Source: a virus (Duplodnaviria > Heunggongvirae > Uroviricota > Caudoviricetes). From it: a stretch of DNA of 64,000 bases. The stretch lies in IMG/VR virus record IMGVR_UViG_3300037483_001818. One strand, given 5' to 3'. A program made the position numbers and the translations under genes. How positions within the stretch are numbered: the first letter of the stretch is position 1; each line of letters begins with the position of its first letter. A model generated the notes under the pieces. It saw only the letters and a program-made list of their open reading frames with translations, made no database searches and was not told where the DNA came from. Positions 1 through 9,810 of the stretch are shown here, piece after piece.

Positions 1-346
1 TGCTCCGGGATCGACGCTCCTCCTGCTTGAAATCCGCGCGGATCGGCAGTGGCTGTTGTTCGATGGCGACGTCGCCGCCAAGGTCGTCGGGCGTGCGCCT
101 GCCGTTCGGCATCGTATGTGCGCGCGGGCGGTACTTGCCGAGCATGAGCTCTGTGAGCTTCCGAAGATCTTCGCGGAGGTCGATGCGGACGCACGCGTGG
201 ATGTTCAGTCTTCACGGCGGAGGACGATCCGGTGATCGATTACGTCCTCATCTCCGCGCTCAAGGACAAGCGGAGTTGGTCGTCGAGTACGACCCGCACA
301 TGCGTAGCGTTCGCACCAACTAACGAACGAGAAAGCGAGAGACAAC

Positions 347-1177
347 ATGGCAGCCATCACGTTCTCAACCGAGAAGAAGTCCGTGACCGAGTACCTGGGG
401 ACCCTCGTGTGGGACGGCACGCCGCGGATCGACCGCTGGCTCGTCGACTGTGCTTGCGCCGAGGACTCTCCCTACGTGCGTGCGGCGTCACGCGTGCTGC
501 TCGTGGCTGCTGTTCGTCGTGCCCGTCATCCCGGGTGCTGGTTCGACCAGCTGCCAATCCTTGACGGTCCACAGGGCTGTGGCAAGTCGGCTGCTCTGCG
601 CCTCCTCGCGGTCGAGGATGACTGGTTCACGAATACTCTGCAACTGGACGGGGACACGCGGCAGATCATTGAGTCGACCGCAGGTAAATGGATCGTCGAG
701 GCGAGCGAGTTGCAACGCCTCTTCCAGGCAGACAACGACGATGACGAAGAAGACGCTGACGAAGAAGACGTTGACGCCGAAGACGACGAAGACGAGGAGG
801 AAGACGAGGACGCGGGTGACGAAGGTGGCGGTGGCGAAGATGAAGATGAAGATGAAGATGAAGATGACGCCGGTGAAGCTGCCGATCTGCCGCCCGCCGC
901 TGCATTCAAGTCGTTTCTGTCGCGATCTGTCGACGAGGCCCGCATGGCGTACCAGATCGAGCGTACCCGTGTGCTGCGGTCGTTCGTGGTCGTCGGGACG
1001 ACCGCGATGCCATATTTGAAGGACACGACAGGCCACCGACGGATCTGGCCGATTCGTGTTGGACACTTTGATCTTGGGTGTCTTTCCGAGGCCCGGGATC
1101 AGCTCTGGGCCGAAGCCGCTGTCGCCGAAGCCACCGGAGAGTCGATCCATCTGGACGCCGTAGCTTCGAACGCGTAG
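347..1177 (+). CDS. VirE-family P-loop NTPase (primase-associated) with acidic D/E-rich insert
   Basis: Walker A DGPQGCGKS; C-terminal VVGTTAMPYLKDTTGHRRIWPI resembles VirE/DUF5906 signature; poly-D/E insert; N-terminus may lie upstream of window. Confidence 0.55.
   Translation: MAAITFSTEKKSVTEYLGTLVWDGTPRIDRWLVDCACAEDSPYVRAASRVLLVAAVRRARHPGCWFDQLPILDGPQGCGKSAALRLLAVEDDWFTNTLQLDGDTRQIIESTAGKWIVEASELQRLFQADNDDDEEDADEEDVDAEDDEDEEEDEDAGDEGGGGEDEDEDEDEDDAGEAADLPPAAAFKSFLSRSVDEARMAYQIERTRVLRSFVVVGTTAMPYLKDTTGHRRIWPIRVGHFDLGCLSEARDQLWAEAAVAEATGESIHLDAVASNA
837..868 (+). repeat. (GAAGAT)n microsatellite encoding (ED)n
   Basis: gaagatgaagatgaagatgaagatgaagatgac seen directly inside ORF 347-1177. 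Confidence 0.8.
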
Positions 1178-1194
1178 AGAGGAAGCGGCCCGAC

Positions 1195-1383
1195 ATGACC
1201 GAGAAGAAAACACAGCGGTATTCGATCAGCGTGTCCTCCAGAACCTACGATCGCCTGCGCACGGCGGTGACCGGCAGCGTGGCCTCTTTTGTCGATGACA
1301 TCATTCTGAAAGCTCTCGACGATCCGGCGATTCTCTCGCGTGTGGTGGCCAGGTGCCATCCGCGTAAGGAAGCCGACGCGTAA
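1195..1383 (+). CDS. ribbon-helix-helix-like small DNA-binding protein
   Basis: RYSISVSSRTYDRLRTAV...SFVDDIILKAL resembles CopG/Arc RHH; GAGAGG upstream of ATG 1195. Confidence 0.45.
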   Translation: MTEKKTQRYSISVSSRTYDRLRTAVTGSVASFVDDIILKALDDPAILSRVVARCHPRKEADA

Positions 1384-1501
1384 TGGAGGTGATCGTGCCG
1401 TTCGTGTTCGTCGGGGCGTTTTTGCTTGGTGTCGAGGTCCTGCGCTGGAACCTGCGCCCAGAGCAGCGCCGTTTGCGCATGATCAGAAAGATCGGGCGAC
1501 G

Positions 1502-1933
1502 ATGACGGCGACGGCATGGCTGGTCGAGACCGTCGGGATCGTAGCGTTCGGGACCAACGTTTGGGCGAATATCCTGATCGCCCGTAAGTCGGAGTCCGGC
1601 TGGATCGTACGGCTCGTGAGCAACGCGTTCTGGCTTGCGTTCGGAATCGCGGCGCTGAGCCTGGCGAACATTCTTAACGCCGTGACGTTCGCGGCGATCA
1701 ACGTGTACGGACTGCGGCGCTGGCGCCGCGAACGACTGGAGGCACGTATGCGCATGCAGAGTGACTGCGGAGACCATTACAAGATCCTCTGCTTCTACTG
1801 TCGCGACGTCGTCCGGCAGTGCGGCTGCCACGCGGGCGCGAGCAAGCCGACCACGCAGAACGGTCTGTGCGGCGTGTGCTTGGCGCAGGGCGTCTTGGTT
1901 GATCGCGAGCGTGATCGCGAGGCAGCGTCGTGA
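1502..1933 (+). CDS. hypothetical membrane protein with Cys-rich C-terminus
   Basis: two hydrophobic helices (WLVETVGIVAFGTNVWANILIA, AFWLAFGIAALSLANIL); ATG 1502 in frame of track ORF 1340-1933. Confidence 0.45.
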   Translation: MTATAWLVETVGIVAFGTNVWANILIARKSESGWIVRLVSNAFWLAFGIAALSLANILNAVTFAAINVYGLRRWRRERLEARMRMQSDCGDHYKILCFYCRDVVRQCGCHAGASKPTTQNGLCGVCLAQGVLVDRERDREAAS

Positions 1934-2265
1934 CGCCAGAGGAGCAAGCCGCGCTCATAGCCAAGTTGTCGAAGGTTTCCCCGATCCTCATCGAGCCGCG
2001 CCTAGCACCGATGACGATCGATCCAAAGTGTACCGTGATCATCGGCACGAGCAGCTCCACGGACTACCTGCGCGACGGAACGGGCAATCAGCGGTTCTGG
2101 CCTGTCAGTGTTCCGTGCGGTGAGTCTGCATTGGATTGTGACGGCCTCCATGACGAGAGCGCGCCCAGCCACTATTTGTGCTCGAGACGCTTTCCGGAGC
2201 CCCGGGGAGATCTCTCCGAATCCCTAGACCCTAGTCGTCGAGACGAAACCGAGGAGATGGAGTAG
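1930..2265 (+). pseudogene. VirE-like C-terminal fragment (possible gene remnant)
   Basis: VIIGTSSSTDYLRDGTGNQRFWPVSV matches the VirE C-terminal motif seen in ORF 347-1177; only 111 aa. Confidence 0.35.
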
Positions 2266-2269
2266 AGCT

Positions 2270-2500
2270 ATGTCGTTCATGATGCAGATCGAAGCCGCGC
2301 AGCGGTCACCGCTTGACCAGCTCGTCGTCGATTACTTCTACGCTGAAAGGTCGGCCCAGCCGTCGCTCGACTTCTGCCGACGGGTAGTCGGCGTGCCCGA
2401 AGCCGACGAGAAGATCGCGCGGCGCCTCAGCGTCGCGGTGTCGACAGTGCGTGGTTGGCGCGAGCTCGGACGTCGCGCGAGTCGGTGGAACTGCCAGTGA
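2270..2500 (+). CDS. small HTH DNA-binding protein
   Basis: IARRLSVAVSTVRGWRE helix-turn-helix-like; GGAG RBS before ATG. Confidence 0.45.
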   Translation: MSFMMQIEAAQRSPLDQLVVDYFYAERSAQPSLDFCRRVVGVPEADEKIARRLSVAVSTVRGWRELGRRASRWNCQ

Positions 2501-3087
2501 CTGTCGATCTTGAGGAACGGTTCAAGAAACTGTTCACTTCAGGCTGCGATCCGTACGGGGTTGGAGCAACTGTGCTGTTCGATAAGCCGTCGATCACGCT
2601 AGAGGAGCGGCACCTCGTGAAGCTCGTGTTCATGCACATGGCTGCGTGTCGCGGATACCTCGCAGGCGAATCGTCGTTGCGGAGCGCAGCGGACATGTTT
2701 CACGAGGTCGGAGCTGCCTTTGCTGCGGAAGAGCTGCTCGTCGATGTCCGCAACGCGAAGCTGGCGGACAGTCTCCGCAAGAATCTGCGAACATGTGACC
2801 AGATCAAGAAGATTGCTTCCGATGGTTTCGAGCTGTGCGTGCGCGCACTCGCCGCGATGGGTGCGCCGGACGTGACGATCCACGAGTGCGGTGATCAGGT
2901 GCTCGGTGAGCAGCCGTGGAACGACCGCGACGAAGCTGTGAAGTGCACCGGGACGATCGTCCACAACGAGTTCACCTCGTGTCCCGTGCACGACCAGGGC
3001 CAAAGCTCTGACCCCATGAGGTGTACTGGGACGCGCGTCCACGGGGAATTCACAGCGTGCCCGGTGCATGACTGGAGGGATAGGTGA
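2497..3087 (+). CDS. hypothetical protein with tandem Cys/His-rich 17-aa repeats
   Basis: GTG start overlapping upstream TGA (GTGA); CTGTIVHNEFTSCPVHD / CTGTRVHGEFTACPVHD repeats. Confidence 0.45.
   Translation: MTVDLEERFKKLFTSGCDPYGVGATVLFDKPSITLEERHLVKLVFMHMAACRGYLAGESSLRSAADMFHEVGAAFAAEELLVDVRNAKLADSLRKNLRTCDQIKKIASDGFELCVRALAAMGAPDVTIHECGDQVLGEQPWNDRDEAVKCTGTIVHNEFTSCPVHDQGQSSDPMRCTGTRVHGEFTACPVHDWRDR
2944..3072 (+). repeat. two 51-bp coding direct repeats (C/H-rich peptide repeat)
   Basis: repeat units 2944-2994 and 3022-3072 within CDS 2497-3087. Confidence 0.6.
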
Positions 3088-3275
3088 GCAGCTTCCGGGG
3101 CGGCCTCCATCCGATCTATTTGCGTTCGCCCGGCAATGTCTCTCGCGCGCTCGCTATTGCATGCCCGATCTGCCGCGAGTTGCCCGGCAGAGCGTGTCGG
3201 ATCGAGGGCGGCAAGCCCGTCGTGCACGACGCCCGCGAGTCGATCGCGTACCATGGCAAGAAGATCTGGGTATGA
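3084..3275 (+). CDS. small zinc-finger-like protein
   Basis: CPICRELPGRACRIEGG; GTG start with GGAGGG RBS; ATGA overlap with next gene. Confidence 0.45.
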   Translation: MSSFRGGLHPIYLRSPGNVSRALAIACPICRELPGRACRIEGGKPVVHDARESIAYHGKKIWV

Positions 3276-3571
3276 CCGACAGCACGAACAAACATTTCTT
3301 TTACGTGAACGACGGCGGTGCGAGTTACTACCTCGTCGCGCGCGATGTCGTGCACGCGAAGGAGCTTCTTCGCGATTCTGGCGTCGAGTTCACGGCAGAT
3401 GATGGGGACTCGTACCCGATCGACGCTGCACAAGTCGCGGACGTGGAATGGCGCGAGATTTCTGCGCAGGACGCGGCCCGTCGACGGGTGTGGCTTGGTG
3501 ACGACGGGACTCCTCCCCAGTCTGTCCTTGCTGCGTGCAAGATCGGCGACTGGTTCTCGTCGGAGATCTAG
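3272..3571 (+). CDS. hypothetical protein
   Basis: ATG 3272 overlapping stop of upstream gene; MTDSTNKHFFYVNDGG... Confidence 0.45.
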   Translation: MTDSTNKHFFYVNDGGASYYLVARDVVHAKELLRDSGVEFTADDGDSYPIDAAQVADVEWREISAQDAARRRVWLGDDGTPPQSVLAACKIGDWFSSEI

Positions 3572-3805
3572 ATGCGTTTCCGTCGCTACCGTCGGGGCGC
3601 GGTTGTTGCCTACGCATTTGATGACGCGGGCACTGTTGGCCTCCAGCATCCAGATGGCTTGGGCCTCTTGCGTACCAGTGACGGCATTCCACGTTCGATC
3701 GTCGAGCGATCCGACATCAGTGATGTCGCGACGCTTCTTGGCTGCATCGCTGAGGATCTCGATCGTGATGCATGCCGTGCGCGCGGTGTCGAGGTCGTCC
3801 CGTGA
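3572..3805 (+). CDS. hypothetical protein
   Basis: ORF track; ATG immediately after upstream TAG. Confidence 0.35.
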   Translation: MRFRRYRRGAVVAYAFDDAGTVGLQHPDGLGLLRTSDGIPRSIVERSDISDVATLLGCIAEDLDRDACRARGVEVVP

Positions 3806-3981
3806 GCGGCGACGATCACGTAGTCACTCGGATCGAATTCCGTATGGTCGTCGATGGCCGTCCGGTTACTGCGATTTTTACGCGCCTCGAGAAGCTTGCC
3901 GAGTTGTTGTCCGAAGAGAAATGTAGCCTCGGCGAGTGGCTGCGCGCACTGCGCGACGCTCCTGAGGTTCCTGAGATCTAA
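3802..3981 (+). CDS. hypothetical small protein
   Basis: GTG start overlapping upstream stop (GTGA). Confidence 0.35.
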   Translation: MSGDDHVVTRIEFRMVVDGRPVTAIFTRLEKLAELLSEEKCSLGEWLRALRDAPEVPEI

Positions 3982-3994
3982 CCAAGGAGAAGCG

Positions 3995-4348
3995 ATGACG
4001 ACGAAGAAGAAGAGCAAGAACGCAGCGAAGAAGTCGGTCCCGAAGAAGCTCGACAACGAGAAGACGTTCGACAACGAGAAGATGTTCGAAGCGATGCGCG
4101 CGAGTTTCCACGCGGCGTTCCCAACCCCGATCGACCAACGCAAGGAGCTGTTGGCGAAGGTGGCAGGTTCCATTGCCGCGAGCCTTGTCGCCTCGCCGAG
4201 TCCCTCTATCGCGTCACCATCTGGCATCGCAACGGCCGCGGTGGATATCGCAGAGCAGATCCTGGACGCAGTCGGGCTTCCGGCGGTCGAGTCCTCCGTG
4301 GAAGCGCCGCCGACGCACGCTGCTGCGGACGTCGAGGCGGCTTCGTAG
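3995..4348 (+). CDS. Lys-rich N-terminus hypothetical protein (basic, histone-like tail)
   Basis: strong RBS AAGGAGAAG then ATG; MTTKKKSKNAAKKSVPKK. Confidence 0.5.
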   Translation: MTTKKKSKNAAKKSVPKKLDNEKTFDNEKMFEAMRASFHAAFPTPIDQRKELLAKVAGSIAASLVASPSPSIASPSGIATAAVDIAEQILDAVGLPAVESSVEAPPTHAAADVEAAS

Positions 4349-4559
4349 CTGCTTCGGGTGCAGGCTTCCTTCTCTATGAGGAGGAACCTGCGCCCGTTCG
4401 CCGTTCGCCGATGTGTTGACGCAGCGGTGTGCCTCGGCAGCGCGGCGCATGGTTAGCGGGCTCTACGTGTGTCGGAGGGATCTGCACTCGTAGGGATCTG
4501 CAAACATGGTTGAGGGCTGACGTTGATCCTCGTAAGGATCGACGGGACCTTAGCGAGAG

Positions 4560-5396
4560 GTGAAAAAGTTGACTTCGGACCCACCGCCACCCTTGTCGAA
4601 TACCGACAAGCGGGAGGTCTGCGACCTGCACGGCTGGGTTGGGAGGAAGGTTTTTCAGCGCGATCGCCACGACCTCTGCGAGGTGCCACGAGAGAAGTTG
4701 CTGGAGGACGGGGACGAAGCTGCGGATGAAGACGCGGTTGACTTCGAGGAGCACGGAGACGAAGACGGGCCTGTCGAGTCTGAGGCCGAGGCGATCGTTC
4801 CCGAACTTGACGAGCCGCCCCGATGGAGCCGTGCGGCTGCTCGCCGGCAGGGCATTCCGCCCAAGAAGACGCTCGCGGTTCGGCGGATCACACAGCTCGA
4901 GCTAGCCGCCGGACGGGCTGAGCTGCAAGCACTTGGTGCTGACGAGCCGTACGAGCGTCCGAGAACGCGCGGTGACTGCGCGCGGATCCCGAGGCCGTGT
5001 CCTTACGTGGCGTGTAAATACTCGCTCTACCTCGATGTGAGTGAGACCGGATCGATCATCCTCAATTTCCCGCATCTTGAACCGGGCGCGATGCCGGCCG
5101 AGCAAAGCTGCGCGCTCGATCTCGCGGATCGCGGCGCGATGACCCTCGAAGACATCGCCGTCGTCACGAACCTGACGCGTGAACGAATCCGGCAGGTCGA
5201 GTCGAAGGCGCTGGTTCGGCGAGCACGAACTGCCGCGGTTGCGATGGGACTCGGGCCCGATGATGCCGCTGCCCTTGGTGGTCGCCACCGTGTTGGTCCC
5301 GGTGCCGATCTTGAAGAGACGGGTGTCGAAGGCGCGGTGCCGAGCGACGTTGCCACGCTTCTTAGCAGTGGCGGTGGTGGCGGCGACGACAGTTAG
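4560..5396 (+). CDS. sigma-70 region-4-type HTH protein (sigma-like regulator or small-terminase-like)
   Basis: [30 protein letters not shown] matches sigma70 r4 HTH; GTG start. Confidence 0.5.
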   Translation: MKKLTSDPPPPLSNTDKREVCDLHGWVGRKVFQRDRHDLCEVPREKLLEDGDEAADEDAVDFEEHGDEDGPVESEAEAIVPELDEPPRWSRAAARRQGIPPKKTLAVRRITQLELAAGRAELQALGADEPYERPRTRGDCARIPRPCPYVACKYSLYLDVSETGSIILNFPHLEPGAMPAEQSCALDLADRGAMTLEDIAVVTNLTRERIRQVESKALVRRARTAAVAMGLGPDDAAALGGRHRVGPGADLEETGVEGAVPSDVATLLSSGGGGGDDS

Positions 5397-5915
5397 GCTT
5401 CGTCATCGAAGATGACTATCGTCGACAAAGGACGCTATCGCGGAGGATGGTGCGAAAACGTCGCCATGGTGGTGACGTTTGTGTAGATAGTGTTCGCCCG
5501 CTTTGGTAGCCGGTGGGGTGAACTGACACCGATTGGGTAACGGCGGCTCTGAGCATCGTTCGACCACTATTCGGTGGTCCCGCCGTGGAGGAATCGTTGT
5601 GGATGAACGCGTGGCCAGCTGTGTCGTGTAGCTCGCGGCGACGTTTTTCGTCGGGGTGCAGCGCTTCGTTGATCTCGTGGGCCCATGGTCCATGCGAACA
5701 GAATAGGTTGTGCCTACTTGAATCTCGATCCGGCTTGACCAGGATCGTTGGAGCGCGTGCAGGCGTTGTCGTGATGCGTCGCACGTGGGCAACGCTTGTT
5801 GCCGCAGTCGCAGCAGACAACGAACGTTCGATGAAATGGCCACAGCTCGCCGTATTGCGCGCGCAGTCGAGCTTCCTCGCACTCGAAACACCAGCAGGTC
5901 GTACTTGCCGACACG

Positions 5916-6419
5916 CTAGCTCACGTACGCGACGACTTCGTAGCGTCCAGTCTTGTCCATCTTGTGCCATTGGAGGGCGAGCATGTGGTTCACCTCGCGT
6001 CCGGCCTCGTCGTGCAGTTGCCAGCTCGCCTTGCCGTCGCGGCCTACCAGGAGGAACTCTTCCTCCTCGGGGTCGAAGCGAAAGCCTGCGCGCTTCACGA
6101 TCGCGAACAGATCGTCGTTCGGGATGGACTGGAAATACTTGTTGTTGACGAGATCGTAGATCTGCTCGTTGGCCTTCTTGGCAGCCTTCGAGAGCTCTCT
6201 GCCGGAAGGCTTGCGTAGGGCTGCGCCTACGGCTGCATGTGACCTGCGTGCGGGCTTGCCCGTCAACAGTGATCCCGGTACGGCATACAGCTTCTTTCGA
6301 GGGACACCGTAGTACGCAGCCGTGTTGTCCAGCGCGCTTCGCTCGGACGACGCCTCGATCTCCGTGAGCGGATCTGCCGCGCCGATTTCGTAGATCGTCC
6401 AGATTTTCTTGATCGCCAT
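5916..6419 (-). CDS. hypothetical protein
   Basis: clean ORF, AGGAG RBS upstream of ATG 6419. Confidence 0.55.
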   Translation of the reverse strand: MAIKKIWTIYEIGAADPLTEIEASSERSALDNTAAYYGVPRKKLYAVPGSLLTGKPARRSHAAVGAALRKPSGRELSKAAKKANEQIYDLVNNKYFQSIPNDDLFAIVKRAGFRFDPEEEEFLLVGRDGKASWQLHDEAGREVNHMLALQWHKMDKTGRYEVVAYVS

Positions 6420-6506
6420 GGCGAAGCTCCTACGTGCCGCTCCGCAAGCTTATCGTCGGCCGGGACAAAAGGGGAATTTCCTGCGCTGTTCTGTCCCCAC
6501 GTCAGC

Positions 6507-7055
6507 TTACGATCTGATCTTGGCAAGCGCTCGTTCGAGCTTCTCGATCTTGGCGCGGTGCTTCGCTTGCTCGCGCTCCAGCACTTCGTCGCGTAGCTCT
6601 GGTTTGACGAGTGAGCTTACCCGCGGCGTGCGGCTCGCCTCTCGCGCGAGGTCCTTCTCGATTTCTCTCGCGACTAGCTCGCGGCCCATCTCGGTGAGGT
6701 GGAGCATGCCACCGTTCCTTGGCTCGATCAGACCCAGCGCGAGCGTTCGTTTGATGTGTGGGGCGTCGACGGCGGCCATGCGGCTCGGAAACGATGGGCC
6801 GTGTTCGAGGACCATCTGCGTGAGTGCGAACAGGTTCACGCCTGTAAGCGTCATCTTCTTCGGCGGAGCCTTCTTCGGGTACCCGAAGCCGAGAGCTTGC
6901 GCGACTTCGTAACGCTCTGCGGGCAGACCACCGGCTAAGATGGCGTCAATTTCGGTGTCGAGCTGCTCACGGGTCTTGAGCCCGGGCTTCTTCGGGATTC
7001 GACCGAGGGCCTCGCGGATCTCCTGATCGAGCTGGGCCGTTCGCTTCTTGGCCAT
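6507..7055 (-). CDS. hypothetical protein with N-terminal KKRTAQLDQEIREAL motif
   Basis: ORF track; carries the recurrent K-K-x-S/T-x-x-Q-L-D-x-E-I motif at its N-terminus. Confidence 0.55.
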   Translation of the reverse strand: MAKKRTAQLDQEIREALGRIPKKPGLKTREQLDTEIDAILAGGLPAERYEVAQALGFGYPKKAPPKKMTLTGVNLFALTQMVLEHGPSFPSRMAAVDAPHIKRTLALGLIEPRNGGMLHLTEMGRELVAREIEKDLAREASRTPRVSSLVKPELRDEVLEREQAKHRAKIEKLERALAKIRS

Positions 7056-7096
7056 ACGGTACGAGATCGTATCATCGTTCCGATAGAATCGCGTCC

Positions 7097-7480
7097 ATGG
7101 CGCTCACCCTGCCTGCTGATGCCGGCGAGCCGATGTCGGCGGTGCTCATCGCGAACTCCAAGGTCAAGCACCACGAGTTTCCAGCTCTCACGCGCCAGAT
7201 TTCGCTGCGCAACACGGGTACGAATACGCTGTGGCTCTCGCTGGACGAGGGGAAGAGCTATTTCGATGTGGCATGCGGAACGTCGTGGGATGACAGAGTG
7301 AGCATGCGGGAGCTGTGGTACTGCACGCAGCTTGGGAAGACGCGGTTCGTCGTGATTGGGTTGTCCCTCATGGACATTGGCGGGGACGGCGCTGGCGACA
7401 ATGATTCGGCGCGGCGTCCGGCGAAGCCGCAGCTTTCCCGGCGGTGGCTACCGTCGCGCATCGGCCGGGATCGGAGGTAG
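7097..7480 (+). CDS. hypothetical protein
   Basis: ORF track; non-repetitive beta-rich composition. Confidence 0.4.
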   Translation: MALTLPADAGEPMSAVLIANSKVKHHEFPALTRQISLRNTGTNTLWLSLDEGKSYFDVACGTSWDDRVSMRELWYCTQLGKTRFVVIGLSLMDIGGDGAGDNDSARRPAKPQLSRRWLPSRIGRDRR

Positions 7481-7959
7481 TTACGCCGCTCACGCATTAT
7501 CCCAAAACGGCGGAGAACCTGGTCTTTGCGTGGGTACAGCCGACTCCGCCGGACGTACCCCCGCAGGAAGGATTGCCAGACTTCTTGGGTCGCTCGTTCT
7601 CAGAGGTGAATCGCTTCGAGAAGGAAATTGTTCCCGGCGAAGTGGTGGTCGGTTATCACGACGCGCAGCCGTTCACGCGCTTTTACGGGTCGATCGCAAG
7701 TGATCAGCCTCTTGAGGTCACAATCTCGTTTTCGAATGACGAGGTCGCCGGTGACGGGCGCACGATCAGCGACGATAATATCGGATCGCTCAGCTACGAC
7801 GCCGAGGCGTTGAAGCAGTTTTACGATCCGAACAAGCAGGGTCCGACGGGAAAATACTTCTGCACGATCTTCGGGCACTGGATTCGCGTCGAGGTCAAGA
7901 ACGTCGGCGAGAAGCCTACGGCGAAGCTACGCGTATACGTCAGAGGCTCGGTATTCTAG
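7444..7959 (+). CDS. hypothetical protein
   Basis: ORF track. Confidence 0.45.
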   Translation: MATVAHRPGSEVVTPLTHYPKTAENLVFAWVQPTPPDVPPQEGLPDFLGRSFSEVNRFEKEIVPGEVVVGYHDAQPFTRFYGSIASDQPLEVTISFSNDEVAGDGRTISDDNIGSLSYDAEALKQFYDPNKQGPTGKYFCTIFGHWIRVEVKNVGEKPTAKLRVYVRGSVF

Positions 7960-7968
7960 TCTCGACGG

Positions 7969-8187
7969 ATGGCGAAGCATTCGGTCAAGACGCCGGTCGG
8001 CGGCAGCGTATGGACGCACTCGGTGGGAGTGGGTCAGCGTGTCGTTGTCGGCACGACCCTTTTGATCTGTGAGGTCATGAAAACGGAGTTTCCCGTCGAG
8101 GCGCCAGTCGATGGCGTCGTGAGCTGGCTCCGGCCGTGTGGAGATACGGTAGAAGCCGACGACGTCGTGGCTACGCTGGATGCGTAG
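7969..8187 (+). CDS. biotin/lipoyl-attachment-like small domain protein
   Basis: LLICEVMKTEFPVEAPVDGVV resembles biotinyl/lipoyl hairpin (E-x-M-K core). Confidence 0.4.
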   Translation: MAKHSVKTPVGGSVWTHSVGVGQRVVVGTTLLICEVMKTEFPVEAPVDGVVSWLRPCGDTVEADDVVATLDA

Positions 8188-8188
8188 C

Positions 8189-8899
8189 TCAGTCTTCAGG
8201 GTTCCAGCGAGACGCTGGAACGGACGCTTGTCGCGGCTTGATGCGATACGTGACGCCCGGCTTTTTCTTTGCCTTGTACTCGTCCTGCGCTTCCTTCGCG
8301 TCTGCCCGCGTCGAGAAGTGTTCGTGGAGCACGCGTTCGTTCTTGGTGCGCGTGTTCACTTCGAGCAGATCGTAGACGGTGTGCTTGTCCGCGCGCCGGG
8401 TTGCGTGGCCTCTGAGCCGGCTCAGGTACTGGAAGTACATTCGGGCCGTGGAGCCCGGCGCGTTCTTGCTCTTGCGGTAGCCGGCTTGTCGCGCGACCTC
8501 GGCAATGCGCGCGGCTTTGCTCATCGAGACGTCCGCGTGATAGTCGCGCGTGAAGTCGACGCCCTCGGATTCGAGGAGACGTTTGGCCTCGTGGGGATCG
8601 AGCTTCTTCTTCCTTGCGTGGGACTGGCTCGGAGCCTTCGCCTTGCCTGTGAAGCGAAGGGCCTCAGCGGAGAACCACGTGGCGCCAGTGTGTCCGTCCT
8701 TGGACTTGGAAACGAGGTATGACAAAGCATCGCCCTTTGATGGGCCGCTCTCGGTGTACATGCCGGGATGCGTGCTGTAACTGACGGCATGGCCGAATTG
8801 GCCTGGCTTCCAATACGGATGAGGACCCATGTCGTCGGTCTTCACGATCTGGACACGTCGCGGGGGTGTGATCGATGCTTGGATGTACTTGCCGGCCAT
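8189..8899 (-). CDS. hypothetical basic protein
   Basis: ORF track. Confidence 0.5.
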   Translation of the reverse strand: MAGKYIQASITPPRRVQIVKTDDMGPHPYWKPGQFGHAVSYSTHPGMYTESGPSKGDALSYLVSKSKDGHTGATWFSAEALRFTGKAKAPSQSHARKKKLDPHEAKRLLESEGVDFTRDYHADVSMSKAARIAEVARQAGYRKSKNAPGSTARMYFQYLSRLRGHATRRADKHTVYDLLEVNTRTKNERVLHEHFSTRADAKEAQDEYKAKKKPGVTYRIKPRQASVPASRWNPED

Positions 8900-8970
8900 G
8901 CGGTGCCTCTGGTTCGAGCTTACGTCACACGTGCCTGTTCAAGCCAGAATCAAGGGATACGTTTCAAATT

Positions 8971-9387
8971 TCAAATACCGAGCTTCATGCCGAGGAGTTC
9001 CATCTTGGCGAGCTGGGACTCGGCTTCCTTGAGGGCGGTGTAGACGTCCTTGATCGTGTCATTCAGGATCCCGCCAAGGTCTTCGAACGCACTCCCTGCT
9101 AGGGAGATTTCTTCGACGTTCGAAGCAAGATCGTTGATTCGGTCTTGGATCGCGCGCGCCTGGTTGGCATCTGTGCTGGAGGCTTCCTCGGGCAGTTTGT
9201 CGACGATGTCGTCGGCAAGCTGTCCAAGGCGATCGTAGACGCGTTCACGGTCTGTGGCGTGCTGCTTGTCGATCTTGGCGACCTGTCGAATTGTTTCTTT
9301 GCTCGCTTCGTGGAGCTTGGCGATCGCTTCGCGTGTATCAGCGATACGTGCACGCGTCCGCCGAGCGAAGTCTTCGGTCATCGTCAT
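8971..9387 (-). CDS. hypothetical coiled-coil protein
   Basis: ORF track. Confidence 0.5.
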   Translation of the reverse strand: MTMTEDFARRTRARIADTREAIAKLHEASKETIRQVAKIDKQHATDRERVYDRLGQLADDIVDKLPEEASSTDANQARAIQDRINDLASNVEEISLAGSAFEDLGGILNDTIKDVYTALKEAESQLAKMELLGMKLGI

Positions 9388-9716
9388 GAGCGCACAGTCT
9401 CCAAACTAAGGGCCTCGAGCGCGGACTCTCGAACGGCACCTGATCGATCATGGGCTGCGATGGCCGTCAACCGCGCATGGATCACCGGATCATCGGCGAG
9501 CTGCTTTGAAAGCCCGTAGATCGCGCCCTCGCGAACGGTTGGTGATTCATGGTCGAGCAACGCAAGCAATGCCGTACGTGCCGCGGGCAAACATCCAGCT
9601 ACCTCCGCCGCGAAGGACAGCTCCCATGGTGGCAGCGTCCTACGCAACAGCTCGGTGATCAGAAGATCGGGATCGCTGTTCGCCAGCGCTTGCCAGTGCA
9701 ACAGCGGGTTGGGCAT
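9384..9716 (-). CDS. HEAT/PBS-lyase-repeat-like protein
   Basis: PTVREGAIYGL, AVRESALEAL repeat motifs; ATGA overlap with downstream gene. Confidence 0.45.
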   Translation of the reverse strand: MPNPLLHWQALANSDPDLLITELLRRTLPPWELSFAAEVAGCLPAARTALLALLDHESPTVREGAIYGLSKQLADDPVIHARLTAIAAHDRSGAVRESALEALSLETVRS

Positions 9717-9810
9717 CGGTACCTACGAGGGTACTTCGTGGGAACGTGTTCTCGCCAGCATGCGGTGCTCGCAGCGGGATCTTTGCAGCCCCGGATCCCT
9801 GGATCACGAG

